DNA of 64,000 bases from Candidatus Doudnabacteria bacterium (GTDB lineage: Bacteria; Patescibacteriota; Doudnabacteria; UBA920), in NCBI GenBank assembly GCA_038230955.1, contig JBBRMG010000001.1:18312-82311 (forward strand). Direction: 5' to 3'. The notes beneath the pieces are model-generated. The model was not told the DNA's origin and did not search any database. It saw only the letters and a list, made by a program, of their open reading frames with translations. The translations under genes were made by a program, and so were the position numbers. Shown here one piece after another: positions 38,430 to 49,250 of this stretch; position 1 is the first letter of the stretch; each line of letters opens with the position of its first letter.

Positions 38430-39677
38430 TTATTCAATGCCCGGAACAGGGAAACGCAACGCTAAAGAAATAACTTCATCCTTAATTTTAGCCAACGCTT
38501 GTATATTTTCCCGCTCGGTAATAGTGCGCACAAACAAATCAGCCAAAGTCCCCATGTCAGTTTCTGTCATGCCGCGAGTTGTAACTGCGGGTGTGCCTAA
38601 ACGAATACCCGACGGATCCATTGGTTTCCGAGGGTCATAGGGAATCATGTTTTTGTTGACCGATATCCCGACGCTTTCCAAAGCATGCTCGGCTTCTTTC
38701 CCCGTCGCACCCATGCTGCCAAATACATCGACTAACATTAAGTGGTTATCGGTACCTCCAGACACAATACGCAGACCTTTATCTTGCAATGCCGTTGCCA
38801 AAGCTCGAGCATTAGCAATAACTTGGGCGCTATAGGTTTGGAATTCCGGCCGCAGGGCTTCCAGGAAAGATACCGCCTTAGCTGCGTTAATATGATCGTG
38901 TGGTCCGCCTTGAAGACCCGGAAACACCGCCTTGTCTATGGCTGCGGCGAACTCTTGTTTACACATGATAATCGCTCCGCGTGGACCACGTAAAGTTTTA
39001 TGAGTGGTGGTGGTAACAACATCACAGTATGGAATTGGATTTTCTAACTGCTTGCCCGCAATCAAGCCGGCAATATGAGCAATATCTGCAAACAAATATG
39101 CACCGCACTTATCGGCGATTTCTCGAAACCGTTTCCAATCTAAATTACGGCTGTAAGCGCTGAACCCAGCAATAATCATTTTTGGTTTTTCACGCATAGC
39201 AATCTCTTCCACTTCATCCATGTCAATAATTTCTGTGTCCTTCTTAGTAAAGTACGGAATAATAGTGTAGAGCTTACCGGAAAAATTTAAAGGGTGCCCA
39301 TGGGATAAATGCCCGCCTTGATCTAAAGAAAAACCTAGCACTTTGTCCCCTGGCTGTAGCAAGCCCATGTATACGGCCATGTTAGCTGGGCTACCAGACA
39401 GCGGCTGGACATTAACGTGCTCGGCTCCAAATAATTGTTTCGCTCGATTGATAGCCAGTGTTTCCATATCATCCACCACCTCGTTGCCGCCATAATACCG
39501 TTTGCCGCTATAACCTTCTGAATATTTATTAGTAAAAACGCTACCCATGGCCTCCATAACCGCGGGGGTAACGTAATTCTCGGAAGCGATTAACTCAATC
39601 CCCTCTTTCTGGCGTTTTTCTTCCCGCTTTAACAGGTCGTAAACTTCTTGATCTTCGGGTAAATATTGGTAGTTCAT
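38430..39677 (-). CDS. glyA: serine hydroxymethyltransferase
   Basis: 415 aa with the PLP-lysine region TTTTHKTLRGPRG. Confidence 0.95.
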   Translation of the reverse strand: MNYQYLPEDQEVYDLLKREEKRQKEGIELIASENYVTPAVMEAMGSVFTNKYSEGYSGKRYYGGNEVVDDMETLAINRAKQLFGAEHVNVQPLSGSPANMAVYMGLLQPGDKVLGFSLDQGGHLSHGHPLNFSGKLYTIIPYFTKKDTEIIDMDEVEEIAMREKPKMIIAGFSAYSRNLDWKRFREIADKCGAYLFADIAHIAGLIAGKQLENPIPYCDVVTTTTHKTLRGPRGAIIMCKQEFAAAIDKAVFPGLQGGPHDHINAAKAVSFLEALRPEFQTYSAQVIANARALATALQDKGLRIVSGGTDNHLMLVDVFGSMGATGKEAEHALESVGISVNKNMIPYDPRKPMDPSGIRLGTPAVTTRGMTETDMGTLADLFVRTITERENIQALAKIKDEVISLALRFPVPGIE

Positions 39678-39711
39678 GGATTAATTCTATCGCATTATGC
39701 GACTTCGGACA

Positions 39712-39758
39712 AATAAAAAAGAGACAGGCTAGGTATGTGCGTACCTTAATCCTGTCTA
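39712..39758 (-). terminator. rho-independent terminator on the minus strand between the small ORF 39849-40013 and glyA
   Basis: Stem gagacagg / cctgtct with a T7 run on the minus strand. Confidence 0.65.
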
Positions 39759-39848
39759 TTCTCCTGAGGGAAACGTTACGTCTATAGATGTTCACCGCCA
39801 CAAATGAGCGGCCTCTACTGTAGTTTTGAATTAAGCTCTTCCAGCAGG

Positions 39849-40013
39849 TCAATGAGAAACCTCTCTAAAGCTTCTAGTCTGGCGGGAGATACCTTTTTCC
39901 CCCCTTCTGATATCATCCAAAGTTCGTTTAGTCTTCTTTACCTTTGCTTCATCCTTCACGGCAGCGATCCCTCTTAGGATGGAGTCATTACGACCTGATC
40001 GTTTATTATGCAT
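39849..40013 (-). CDS. small basic protein (54 aa)
   Basis: GGGAGG RBS 10 nt upstream of ATG 40013 and its own terminator. Lys/Arg-rich. Confidence 0.45.
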   Translation of the reverse strand: MHNKRSGRNDSILRGIAAVKDEAKVKKTKRTLDDIRRGEKGISRQTRSFREVSH

Positions 40014-40121
40014 CTTTGCAATTCCTCCCAATTTGTTTTTATACTGTCCGACTTCACTATGAAATGACTGTACAATAAAAAAGGTGTATTGTCAAGAGGA
40101 CGGGAATAAACGCTGCCTTAT

Positions 40122-40712
40122 TTATAAAGAGTATTGCTTTAGAGTATCCTTAAACCTCTCAAAAGTGGTATATATTTCGGCATTCATGCCAAATTGTTCG
40201 GCACTGTAGACATTCTCTTCTGAGTCATCAAAGAACAAGGCCTCGGTTTTTTCAATGCCCAGATCTTCAATTACTTTGGTATAAAATTCTGCGTTTGGTT
40301 TTTTATAGCCGATATGGGCAGATGCATATAATTTATCAAAACTTTTAGCAAAGTTCATTTTTTCTAACATATATTCAGCTCGATGCTTTTCCTGATTCGT
40401 TGCCACTACGCAAATAATCCCTTTAGCTCTTAACTCCTGAACAAACTGAATAAGTTTTTCGTCTATAATATGCTCTGACTTAAACCAATAATCTAAAAAC
40501 GCGTCCACTCCCTTATCCCAACCCCATTCGATTAGGTACGGTTGAATGACTTCTTTCAAATCTGCGTTACCGAGGCGACATTCCTTAAATGGCCCATCAA
40601 AAAAGCGATTTGTTTGCTCTTTCGAAATGCCATGCTCTACTGCTAATCTATCACTAAACATCACGGAATGAATGAGCACACCAACTGCATCAAATAGAAT
40701 TGCCTTTATCAT
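40122..40712 (-). CDS. HAD-family hydrolase
   Basis: DxD motif ILFDAVGVL and HAD motifs. Confidence 0.8.
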   Translation of the reverse strand: MIKAILFDAVGVLIHSVMFSDRLAVEHGISKEQTNRFFDGPFKECRLGNADLKEVIQPYLIEWGWDKGVDAFLDYWFKSEHIIDEKLIQFVQELRAKGIICVVATNQEKHRAEYMLEKMNFAKSFDKLYASAHIGYKKPNAEFYTKVIEDLGIEKTEALFFDDSEENVYSAEQFGMNAEIYTTFERFKDTLKQYSL

Positions 40713-40722
40713 AGACGCAAAT

Positions 40723-41868
40723 TTAAATTAACATATACAACAACGAGAACACTCCCGCTGTAATAAATAAGGCGGCAAAACTACCGGTCATAGTGAATAC
40801 GATAATCCCAATTACACACGCCATAAATTTACCAAACGCTAACGCCTGCTCAAACCCCACTACATATGACAAAATGTCTGTGCTTTCCGCCCGTTCATAG
40901 GTTACGGTCGCTAGTGGAATAAATATTAAATCTTTGCTGGTGCGCGAAAGTGCATCGACAATAAAGGCGCCATAAGAGGTGCTCACGACTAATCGAGCCA
41001 ACCAAACCAAGGCATAAATAAATGAGCCTGACCGCAACAACGCTATTTTGTTATTCCTGTCGGTAATCTTGCCAATATATAACGCTAAAGCAGTGGAGAC
41101 TAAGGTCGCTACCGTTACCACAACACCAGTACCCGCGTAGTTACTCACTACTAAATAAATAAATATCGGCCAAATAGTTAGTACTAATAGTTCTTCGCCA
41201 AATCCAAAGTAGCCTAAAAATTTCATCGGGTATTGTTTATACAACTCCCATGTATCATGAAAATGATAATCCTTAGTTGTAAAAGAACTGTGACTCCACA
41301 ACAAAGGAATAAAGGAACAGAAGTAAATGGCGGCGGCGACTGTAAACGCTACATTAAAACCATACCGCTGAACTAATAAACCACCGGCCAATGGCCCAGC
41401 GATATGCACTAAATTGATTATCGCATAAAGGGCCGAAAACTCTCGTCCGGTTTGACCAGGCCTGGCAAAGCGGGCGACGATTGAATGAAATGACGGCCAA
41501 TACAAAGATTTCTCTATAGCATAGGCCAATGGCGCAAAATAAATAAACCAGCGCACATCAGCCGAACCAAACAACAAAAACCAATACGCAATCATAAACG
41601 GAATACTAAAAAATATTCCCCGATCATATCCATACCGACTGACAATTTTGGCCCCAAACGGTAAAATTAAAATATAAAGCCCATAGACACTGGCAAAAAA
41701 CAACAATACTTCTGGGACGCTATAACGAATAACGGTGTACAAAAAAATTGGTTCGTACAGCAAAATAATGGCAATGCCGAGGTCGGCTATGCCAGTGGAA
41801 AGAAATAGCTCTCCCATCTGTTTTTGAATAGCATTGCTGAAATAGTGAGGTAAATGAGATTTTGACAT
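40723..41868 (-). CDS. MFS-type membrane transporter
   Basis: 381 aa, polytopic. Confidence 0.65.
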   Translation of the reverse strand: MSKSHLPHYFSNAIQKQMGELFLSTGIADLGIAIILLYEPIFLYTVIRYSVPEVLLFFASVYGLYILILPFGAKIVSRYGYDRGIFFSIPFMIAYWFLLFGSADVRWFIYFAPLAYAIEKSLYWPSFHSIVARFARPGQTGREFSALYAIINLVHIAGPLAGGLLVQRYGFNVAFTVAAAIYFCSFIPLLWSHSSFTTKDYHFHDTWELYKQYPMKFLGYFGFGEELLVLTIWPIFIYLVVSNYAGTGVVVTVATLVSTALALYIGKITDRNNKIALLRSGSFIYALVWLARLVVSTSYGAFIVDALSRTSKDLIFIPLATVTYERAESTDILSYVVGFEQALAFGKFMACVIGIIVFTMTGSFAALFITAGVFSLLYMLI

Positions 41869-41890
41869 TATGCAGTTATTATACCATCTA

Positions 41891-44299
41891 TCAAATTACT
41901 ATATTGACTAATCTTCCCGGAACAACAATAACACGCTTGGGTTCGACTCCTTGCAAGGCCGCCTGCACTTTATCTAGACTGAGTGCTATAGTTTTAATAT
42001 CATCTTCTGTCGCATCGAGCGGTGCTTGTAGTTTGTCTTTAGTCTTGCCATTAATCTGCACAACAATATCGGCCTGACTTTCTGATGCTAACTCAGCATT
42101 ATACTGCGGCCAATCCGAATGTTGCACTGATTGAACGCCACCTAATATTTCATTCAGTTCTTCAGTAATATGGGGAGCGAAAGGGTAAAGTAAGATTATA
42201 AAAGTTTGCAGGGTCTGCTTGCTAACAGATTCCCCTTTAACATTGTTATAAAATTTCATAAACGCTGATATGGCTGTGTTGAAATTAAACGACTGGATGT
42301 CATTGGTAATCTTTTTTGTGAGCTTATGCAATTCTCGGCTAACAAGTTCAGAGTCAACCGCAGTGCTCTGTTTATTATCATTTACCCAGACCCAAACTCG
42401 CTCCAAAAACCGCTTCAGGCCAATTAAACCATTGGTGTTCCACGGTTTGGAATCCTCTAACGGACCCATAAACATTTCGTACATGCGCAAAGAGTCTGCC
42501 CCGAACTCTTTTATAATATCATCAGGATTAATGACATTCCCTCTACTCTTGCTCATTTTTTCGCCATCGGGCCCTAAAATTAATCCTTGGTTGCGCAATT
42601 TTACAAAAGGCTCTTCAAAATCAATCAGCTTCAAGTCAAACAATACTTTGGTAAAAAAACGAGAATACAGCAAATGCAGCACTGCATGCTCCGCACCACC
42701 GACATATGTATCTACCGGTAACCAAGTGTTAATTTTATCTTTACCTGCAAACTCCTTGTCATTGTTTGAGTCAGTATAGCGGAAATAATACCAAGATGAA
42801 TCTACAAACGTATCCATAGTGTCGGAGTCGCGGCGAGCTGGGCCAGCGCACTTTGGACAATTGACTTCATGAAATGTTTTGGAGCGAGTTAACGGCGACT
42901 CCCCCGTTGGCACAAAATCTACATCAGTCGGCAAATTCACTGGGAGATCAGGTTCTGCCACAGGTTGCATACCGCAAGCGTCGCAATAAATTATTGGGAT
43001 AGGCGCACCCCAATACCGCTGACGGGAGATCAACCAATCACGCAACTTATAAGTAACATGCCGTTTAGCAAACCCTTCCTGCTCCATCCAATCGAGCATT
43101 TCTTCGATTAAAGCTTTGTCTATATTACGCCCAGTGAACGAGCCGGAGTCTTTTAGTACGCCGCTATTATCGTGGGCATTAACCGGCTCTGATTCATTGG
43201 TTCGATCAACCACTTCATGCAATTCAATGCCGTACTTCTGGGCAAACTCAAAGTCACGAGGATCATGAGCACTACAGCGGATAATACCCGTACCAAAATC
43301 CATCAATGCAAAGTTGGCAACCCAGATTGGCATTTCTAACCCAGAAAAAGGATCAATCGCGTAGCGTCCAGTGAATACGCCTTTCTTCTCAAACTTATCT
43401 TGGTTTCGTTCGTCAGCCGTAATTAATTTGGTCTCTTCAATAAACGCTTGAACTGCTGGTTCATTACCAGTGCCCTCTACTAATTGTGTGACTAAAGGAT
43501 GTTCAGGTGCAATGACAATAAAAGTATCAGCGAATAACCAAGCCGGGAAGGCACTAAATGTTTCCAGTTTGAGACCTAAATCTTTTACCCTGTGTTCAAT
43601 GATCACACCCTCTTTGCGGCCAATCCAATTTCGTTGCATAGCTTTAATTGGGTTTGGCCAATCTAAAGCGTCTAAGTCATTCAGCAACCTTTCTGTGTAA
43701 TCAGTAATTTTTAAAAACCATTGCGATAATAATTTTTGTTCGACTTGGGTGCCGCATCGTTCACAATGCCCATTTACTACTTGTTCGTTGGCTAAAACAG
43801 TATTGTCTTTGGGGCACCAGTTTACTTTAGCTTCTTTTTTGTAAGCCAGCCCGTTTTTGTACATCAGTAAAAACAACCAGTGCGTCCATTTATAATAGTT
43901 GGGGTCAGATGTGTTGACCTCGCGACTCCAATCATACGACAAACCAATGGCTTTAATTTGCTCGCGGAATCGCGTAATATTCTTGGCCGTAGTCTCGTCT
44001 GGTGGCACGCCCATTTTAATCGCATAATTTTCAGCCGGCAAACCAAATGCATCCCAACCCATGGGGTGCAAAACGCTATAGCCATTCATTCGCAGAAAGC
44101 GAGTTAAAATATCGGTAGCTGTATAACCTTCTGGGTGGCCAACATGCAGACCAGCTCCGGATGGATACGGGAACATATCTAAAATGTATTGCTTCTTGGT
44201 CGGTTTCTCAGACGTCTTGAAAGTACCGTGCTCTTCCCAGTAAGCTTGCCACTTCTTTTCAATTTTTGCCGGATTATACTTTTGCATATTAATTCCCAA
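41891..44299 (-). CDS. leuS: leucyl-tRNA synthetase
   Basis: HVGH (HIGH) and KMSKS motifs. 802 aa. Confidence 0.95.
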   Translation of the reverse strand: MGINMQKYNPAKIEKKWQAYWEEHGTFKTSEKPTKKQYILDMFPYPSGAGLHVGHPEGYTATDILTRFLRMNGYSVLHPMGWDAFGLPAENYAIKMGVPPDETTAKNITRFREQIKAIGLSYDWSREVNTSDPNYYKWTHWLFLLMYKNGLAYKKEAKVNWCPKDNTVLANEQVVNGHCERCGTQVEQKLLSQWFLKITDYTERLLNDLDALDWPNPIKAMQRNWIGRKEGVIIEHRVKDLGLKLETFSAFPAWLFADTFIVIAPEHPLVTQLVEGTGNEPAVQAFIEETKLITADERNQDKFEKKGVFTGRYAIDPFSGLEMPIWVANFALMDFGTGIIRCSAHDPRDFEFAQKYGIELHEVVDRTNESEPVNAHDNSGVLKDSGSFTGRNIDKALIEEMLDWMEQEGFAKRHVTYKLRDWLISRQRYWGAPIPIIYCDACGMQPVAEPDLPVNLPTDVDFVPTGESPLTRSKTFHEVNCPKCAGPARRDSDTMDTFVDSSWYYFRYTDSNNDKEFAGKDKINTWLPVDTYVGGAEHAVLHLLYSRFFTKVLFDLKLIDFEEPFVKLRNQGLILGPDGEKMSKSRGNVINPDDIIKEFGADSLRMYEMFMGPLEDSKPWNTNGLIGLKRFLERVWVWVNDNKQSTAVDSELVSRELHKLTKKITNDIQSFNFNTAISAFMKFYNNVKGESVSKQTLQTFIILLYPFAPHITEELNEILGGVQSVQHSDWPQYNAELASESQADIVVQINGKTKDKLQAPLDATEDDIKTIALSLDKVQAALQGVEPKRVIVVPGRLVNIVI

Positions 44300-44846
44300 A
44301 TAATTCCTGCTCTTTACTACGAATCAAAATGACCAAGTCATCGAAATAACTTTCAACTTCTGGCGATGTTTTCACCTTCGAAGTTTTTTGATCAATCAAC
44401 ATTTGCAAGGTAACCCCTTCCTTCTGCCACGTTCTGCCATTATCCAAAGCGTATACAAATTTACTCTCTCCGTCCAATCGCTGTTCATAATTGTGAATGA
44501 GCCTATGGAGCTCTGGGAATTCTTCAAATTCTCTTTGCAATTGCGTTGCTGTTTTGGCTTCCCTATCCCCTTTACTGTTCAAAAACGATTTGTCCTTCTC
44601 ATAAATATAAGTATCGCCAGCGTATACTTCCACTAAATCGTGGAGCAATGCATATTTTGCGGCCAAAGTACTATCTAACTCCAGTTTCTGTGAGTCGATA
44701 AGATACCACGACAACAATGCGAGCTGATAACTATGCTCAACATCATTTTCATACCGGTCTTCATTCCTCACTAAAACCCGCCGGGCCACCGCCTGAAAAT
44801 CATTAGTCAGCTTAACAAACTTTAAAATAGAACCCAGAGTATCCAT
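44289..44846 (-). CDS. HD-domain phosphohydrolase (YfbR-like)
   Basis: H...HDxxE (LLHDLVEVYAGD). Confidence 0.75.
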   Translation of the reverse strand: MDTLGSILKFVKLTNDFQAVARRVLVRNEDRYENDVEHSYQLALLSWYLIDSQKLELDSTLAAKYALLHDLVEVYAGDTYIYEKDKSFLNSKGDREAKTATQLQREFEEFPELHRLIHNYEQRLDGESKFVYALDNGRTWQKEGVTLQMLIDQKTSKVKTSPEVESYFDDLVILIRSKEQELFGN

Positions 44847-44847
44847 A

Positions 44848-45438
44848 TTAACTTTTTTTAAAAATGTTAATGCCGAATTTTTTCAATCCCTGCGCCAACT
44901 CAGCTATAGGTAACCCAATGGCGCCAGAGTAATTGCCTTCTACTTTGGAAATCAGTATCCCGCCCAGTTCATGAATTGCATAGGCACCGGCTTTATCCAT
45001 AGGCTCACCCGTAGCAATGTAGCCATTAATGTCGGCAAGTGAAAGCTTTTTGAAATAAACCAGCGTTTCTGAGAGTGCCAAAAATTGCTTACGGCCGCCG
45101 CTTTGAATTATCGCCAGTCCAGTCAAAATGGAATGCTTGGTTCCACTGAGTTTGCGTAACATGGTCGCGCCCTGTTGTTTACTTTTCGGTTTGCCCATAA
45201 CTTCCTTACCTAACACAACGATTGTATCAGCAGAAATAATTATCGCGCCTGGATGTTGCTTAGCAATTGACTGTGCTTTACCCATGGCTAAAGTCATCAC
45301 CAATTTTTTTGGTGACATTTTCATAGTCATATCCTCTTCGTAGTCAGGTGATAAAGCTTTAAACTTTAAGCCTGTTTTAGCCATTAGCTCTCTCCGCCGT
45401 GGCGAAGTTGATGCTAAAATTATTTTTTTGAGTTTCAT
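44848..45438 (-). CDS. maf: Maf-like nucleoside triphosphate pyrophosphatase
   Basis: ILASTSPRRRELM N-terminus. Confidence 0.85.
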   Translation of the reverse strand: MKLKKIILASTSPRRRELMAKTGLKFKALSPDYEEDMTMKMSPKKLVMTLAMGKAQSIAKQHPGAIIISADTIVVLGKEVMGKPKSKQQGATMLRKLSGTKHSILTGLAIIQSGGRKQFLALSETLVYFKKLSLADINGYIATGEPMDKAGAYAIHELGGILISKVEGNYSGAIGLPIAELAQGLKKFGINIFKKS

Positions 45439-46292
45439 ATATTAAATAATTTCTTTGCGTTAGCTGTGGTGACAGTCTCTACCTCTTCTAATGGTACTTG
45501 TTTCCGTTCAGCAATCTTCTCGGCCACCAGCCCAACATACGCCGGTTCATTGCGCTTACCACGATGTGGGGTTGGGGTTAAATATGGCGCGTCAGTTTCT
45601 AAGACAATGCTACTCAGGGGAACACCTTTTACTACTTCCTCACTACGCCCAGTTTTATCAAAAGTAATAATCCCATTCATACCTATAAACGCGCCAATAT
45701 CCACAAACTTTAAAGCCGTCACTAAATCGCCAGTATAACAATGAATTTCAAATCGCAAATTCGGTGTTAGCTGTTTGGCCTCTTTTAAAATTCCCAAAAT
45801 ATCTTCATAGGCATCCATAGTGCCCACGCTGGGCCGGCAATGAATACATAACGCTTTATCCAATTCTTGGGCCAACTTTAATTGCTTCAAAAATGCGGTG
45901 CGTTGAAGTTGTTTGATTTCATTATGATCTCGAGTTTCAGGCAAGCGATAATAATCTAACCCGCACTCCCCAATTCCCACCACTCTAGGTCTGTCCGCTA
46001 ATTCTTTGTAAATCTCGTAATCAAATCCCTCCTCGCGAGTTTTAAATTTTACTTCCTCGTCGTCGTAATAATCGTGCATAAATGTATGCACCGGGTGCAA
46101 ACCGACCACAGCGAAAACGTGTTCTGGAAATTGATCAAGCAAAGCGACCGCCTGGCGACTGGTGTCTATTTGCGTGCCGACATTAACCACAGCTACACCG
46201 GCTTGATGCGCTCGCTTAATAGTGTCTGCGCCATCCTCGCTAAACGCCCGCAAATTAATATGGCAATGGGTGTCTATTAATTTCATAATCAT
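45435..46292 (-). CDS. tatD: TatD-family hydrolase
   Basis: DTHCHI N-terminus and TIM-barrel metal ligands. Confidence 0.85.
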   Translation of the reverse strand: MIMKLIDTHCHINLRAFSEDGADTIKRAHQAGVAVVNVGTQIDTSRQAVALLDQFPEHVFAVVGLHPVHTFMHDYYDDEEVKFKTREEGFDYEIYKELADRPRVVGIGECGLDYYRLPETRDHNEIKQLQRTAFLKQLKLAQELDKALCIHCRPSVGTMDAYEDILGILKEAKQLTPNLRFEIHCYTGDLVTALKFVDIGAFIGMNGIITFDKTGRSEEVVKGVPLSSIVLETDAPYLTPTPHRGKRNEPAYVGLVAEKIAERKQVPLEEVETVTTANAKKLFNI

Positions 46293-47758
46293 TCAATCCG
46301 CGGGAATAAATGCGGAATATTTCCAGATGATAAATTTTCCAAAGCTTTCAATATTTCATCGCTTGTATGGGTCATAAAAGGATTAAGCAGTAGCCCAATA
46401 TGATGCAGTTCACCCAACAAATGCTGAATTTGTTTTTCAGCTGCTTCGTGATCCACTTTAATTAATTTAAATGGTTCGTGTTTCTGAATATAAGAATCGC
46501 AATCAGAAATAATTTCCCAAATTACATCACTGGCTTGATGTAATTTATATCCTGCCATTAAAGTCTTATACGATTCATCTCCGTTGTCATCATTCCATTT
46601 TAATGGTACAACATTATTACTAGTCGCCATCTTCAAAATCCGGCTAGTTAGATTCCCAATACCGTTGGCTAAATTAGCATTGTAACTGTCCTTAAACCGC
46701 TCCCAAGTAAAATCACTGTCTTCGAAAGTAGAAATTTCACGCGCCAAATAGTAGCGTAACGAATCAGTGGCCTGTTCTGGCGTCAGACCGAGCTCTTGCA
46801 ACCTCGCTAGCAATTCATACGGATCCACCACATTGCCCAAAGATTTGCTCATCTTTTGACCACCACTATTTATGAATCCATGGATCATGATTTGCTTGGA
46901 ATTGGGCAGACCGGCGGACATAAGCATTGCTTGCCACATCGCACTTTGTTGACGCAAATTATCTTTCCCAGCAACTTGAATTGCGTTGCGTTTGTCGTCA
47001 GTACCCCAAAAATCAACAAAAGTTTTTTCGTCCTCCGGCCACCCTAGCGTTGACACGTAATTAACCAGAGCATCAAACCAAACATACATAACTTGGTTAT
47101 CGTCATTAGGTACAGGAACCCCCCAAGGCATTTTCGTTTTCAGTCGCGAAACACTAAAATCTTGCAGCCCATCTTTCACGAATTGTTTAATTTCATTAAA
47201 ACGGAAGTCAGGCACTACGAAATCTGGATTTGCTGCGTAAAAGTCTAACAACGGTTGTTGGTACTTAGACCAACGGAAAAAATAATTCTCTTCATCTATC
47301 AATTCTATTACTAAATTGGGGTGCAAAATGCAATGACCGTTTTCTAACTCCGAATCTGTTTTCTCTAACTCACAACCGACACAATATTTCACCTGATATG
47401 TTTTTTTGTAAATATCGCCGGCAGCTAAACATTTTTCCCAAAACGCTTGAGCTGCTAACTTATGATGCGCGTCTGTTGTGCGAACAAACCTGTTGTAACT
47501 CAAATTGAGCGCTAACTTGAGCTGGTCAAATTTGGCGGCGTACTCATCCACATAAGCCTGCGTAGTCTTTCCAGCCGTTTCAGCAGAGCGATGAATTTTC
47601 AAACCATGCTCATCCGTTCCGGTGTTAAATATTACTTCTTTCCCTAACAGCCCCTCATAGCGACAAATAATATCGGCTTGGACCATTTCCAAAGCAAACC
47701 CAATATGTGGGCTTGCGTTTACGTAAGGCAAGGTTGTAGTTAAATAAAATTTTTCCAT
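46289..47758 (-). CDS. metG: methionyl-tRNA synthetase
   Basis: PYVNASPHIGF (HIGH) and KMSKS. Confidence 0.93.
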   Translation of the reverse strand: MEKFYLTTTLPYVNASPHIGFALEMVQADIICRYEGLLGKEVIFNTGTDEHGLKIHRSAETAGKTTQAYVDEYAAKFDQLKLALNLSYNRFVRTTDAHHKLAAQAFWEKCLAAGDIYKKTYQVKYCVGCELEKTDSELENGHCILHPNLVIELIDEENYFFRWSKYQQPLLDFYAANPDFVVPDFRFNEIKQFVKDGLQDFSVSRLKTKMPWGVPVPNDDNQVMYVWFDALVNYVSTLGWPEDEKTFVDFWGTDDKRNAIQVAGKDNLRQQSAMWQAMLMSAGLPNSKQIMIHGFINSGGQKMSKSLGNVVDPYELLARLQELGLTPEQATDSLRYYLAREISTFEDSDFTWERFKDSYNANLANGIGNLTSRILKMATSNNVVPLKWNDDNGDESYKTLMAGYKLHQASDVIWEIISDCDSYIQKHEPFKLIKVDHEAAEKQIQHLLGELHHIGLLLNPFMTHTSDEILKALENLSSGNIPHLFPRIE

Positions 47759-47760
47759 AG

Positions 47761-48801
47761 CTACATAATGGACTCAGTCTGAGTATCTAATGATTTTTGC
47801 ATGGCCTGATTAGCTGTTAATTCAGTAACGACAAGAGTGATGGCACCAACCAATGGCACGGCCAAGAGCAACCCAAATATCCCTGCTAGCTTAAACCCAA
47901 CCAGCAAAGCCAATAACACCAATAAAGGGGAGGTGCCGACAGTCTTCTGCATAATCTTTGGAACCAAGAAATATCCTTCTGTCTTTTGCACTAACACATA
48001 AAGCACAGCAACGGCCACGGCTAATGCGGGACTCTGAATTAAGGCAAAGAAAATTGCCGGAATAGCAGAAACAAAAGGCCCAATATACGGTACCACCTCT
48101 AGCAGTCCGGCTAGCAACGCCAAAAATAAAGCGTACTTAACGCCTAACAATGTTAATCCAATGTATGACATAGCAAAAATGGTCAGGCTAAGAATGAGCT
48201 GCCCTATGACCCATAATCCCATTCGTCGCTGAATTTTGCGCACCAAGCTCATAGTGAACGCTTGTTGCTTTGGCGGCACTACGGAATTAATGAAGTCTAT
48301 CATTGCTTGCTGCTGAGCTACTAAATAGAAGGACACTACTAACACCGTAATCAGAGCAAACAACCCATTGAAAATACCAATCGTTCTGGTAATCAACGCG
48401 TGGCCACCAGTGGCTTCATTAAATACGCTATTAAAAGTATCACCCAAATTCGCATTTCCTAATACTAGATGCAAATTCGGGAATCGATCAAATAACTGCT
48501 GTGTGTAAAATGGCAGGTTTTGAGCCAGTACAGTAAATTGGCTGGCCACAATTGGCACAATCAGGGATATGACCAATCCAGCTAATCCTAATAAAATTAT
48601 ATAGACAGCTAAAACAGTCACTACTCTGGGGACTTTGCGAATATTTAAATACCCTACCAATGGCTCCATGGCCGACGCCAGGATAATTGCCAATAGCAAA
48701 ATCATGATAATGTCGCGGATCAACCACAAAAACACTAACGCCAAAACGATTAGCACTACCTTAAATATGGTTTTTGTAGATGGTTCAATATACCAGGGCA
48801 T
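47761..48801 (-). CDS. AI-2E family (PerM-like) transporter
   Basis: 346 aa, about 8 TM segments, typical AI-2E topology. Confidence 0.7.
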   Translation of the reverse strand: MPWYIEPSTKTIFKVVLIVLALVFLWLIRDIIMILLLAIILASAMEPLVGYLNIRKVPRVVTVLAVYIILLGLAGLVISLIVPIVASQFTVLAQNLPFYTQQLFDRFPNLHLVLGNANLGDTFNSVFNEATGGHALITRTIGIFNGLFALITVLVVSFYLVAQQQAMIDFINSVVPPKQQAFTMSLVRKIQRRMGLWVIGQLILSLTIFAMSYIGLTLLGVKYALFLALLAGLLEVVPYIGPFVSAIPAIFFALIQSPALAVAVAVLYVLVQKTEGYFLVPKIMQKTVGTSPLLVLLALLVGFKLAGIFGLLLAVPLVGAITLVVTELTANQAMQKSLDTQTESIM

Positions 48802-48820
48802 ATGCGTTTATTATAGCGGA

Positions 48821-48853
48821 AAACAAAAAATCCGGCGACTTAGCCGGATTTTT
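48821..48853 (-). terminator. rho-independent terminator
   Basis: Stem atccggc / gccggat flanked by A6 and T4 runs. Confidence 0.7.
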
Positions 48854-48869
48854 AATCGATCGTAATAAT

Positions 48870-49073
48870 TTACGAATTCTCTAATGTTTGCTGCGCTCGC
48901 GCAATCTGATCATCAGCAATTTTTATACCTTCAAGACAGTAAGCCCTGATTTGTTCTCGCAGGAAATCGGTAAGACCTTCTGCTTGCAAATCGCGAATCA
49001 GGATGTCTTTAATGGTCTGGTCGAGTTCAGATTTTTGAATTAAATGGATAATATCTTGAATTTGATCTGTCAT
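48870..49073 (-). CDS. hypothetical small protein
   Basis: 67-aa ORF with a terminator downstream. Confidence 0.45.
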   Translation of the reverse strand: MTDQIQDIIHLIQKSELDQTIKDILIRDLQAEGLTDFLREQIRAYCLEGIKIADDQIARAQQTLENS

Positions 49074-49250
49074 AAACTATATTAATTTGCTGCGGAAAGT
49101 TTTTGTTCCAATTCCTGAAACGTCGCTTTACCCTCTTCAGGGTCAATAAAATGGTCGCCGCCTACAAGCTTCATCTCTGGAAAACGGTTCATTTCTTGCT
49201 CCTGCGGGTTAAACCCAGTTTCTACTCCCATTGGCGTATGTAAATTAATT

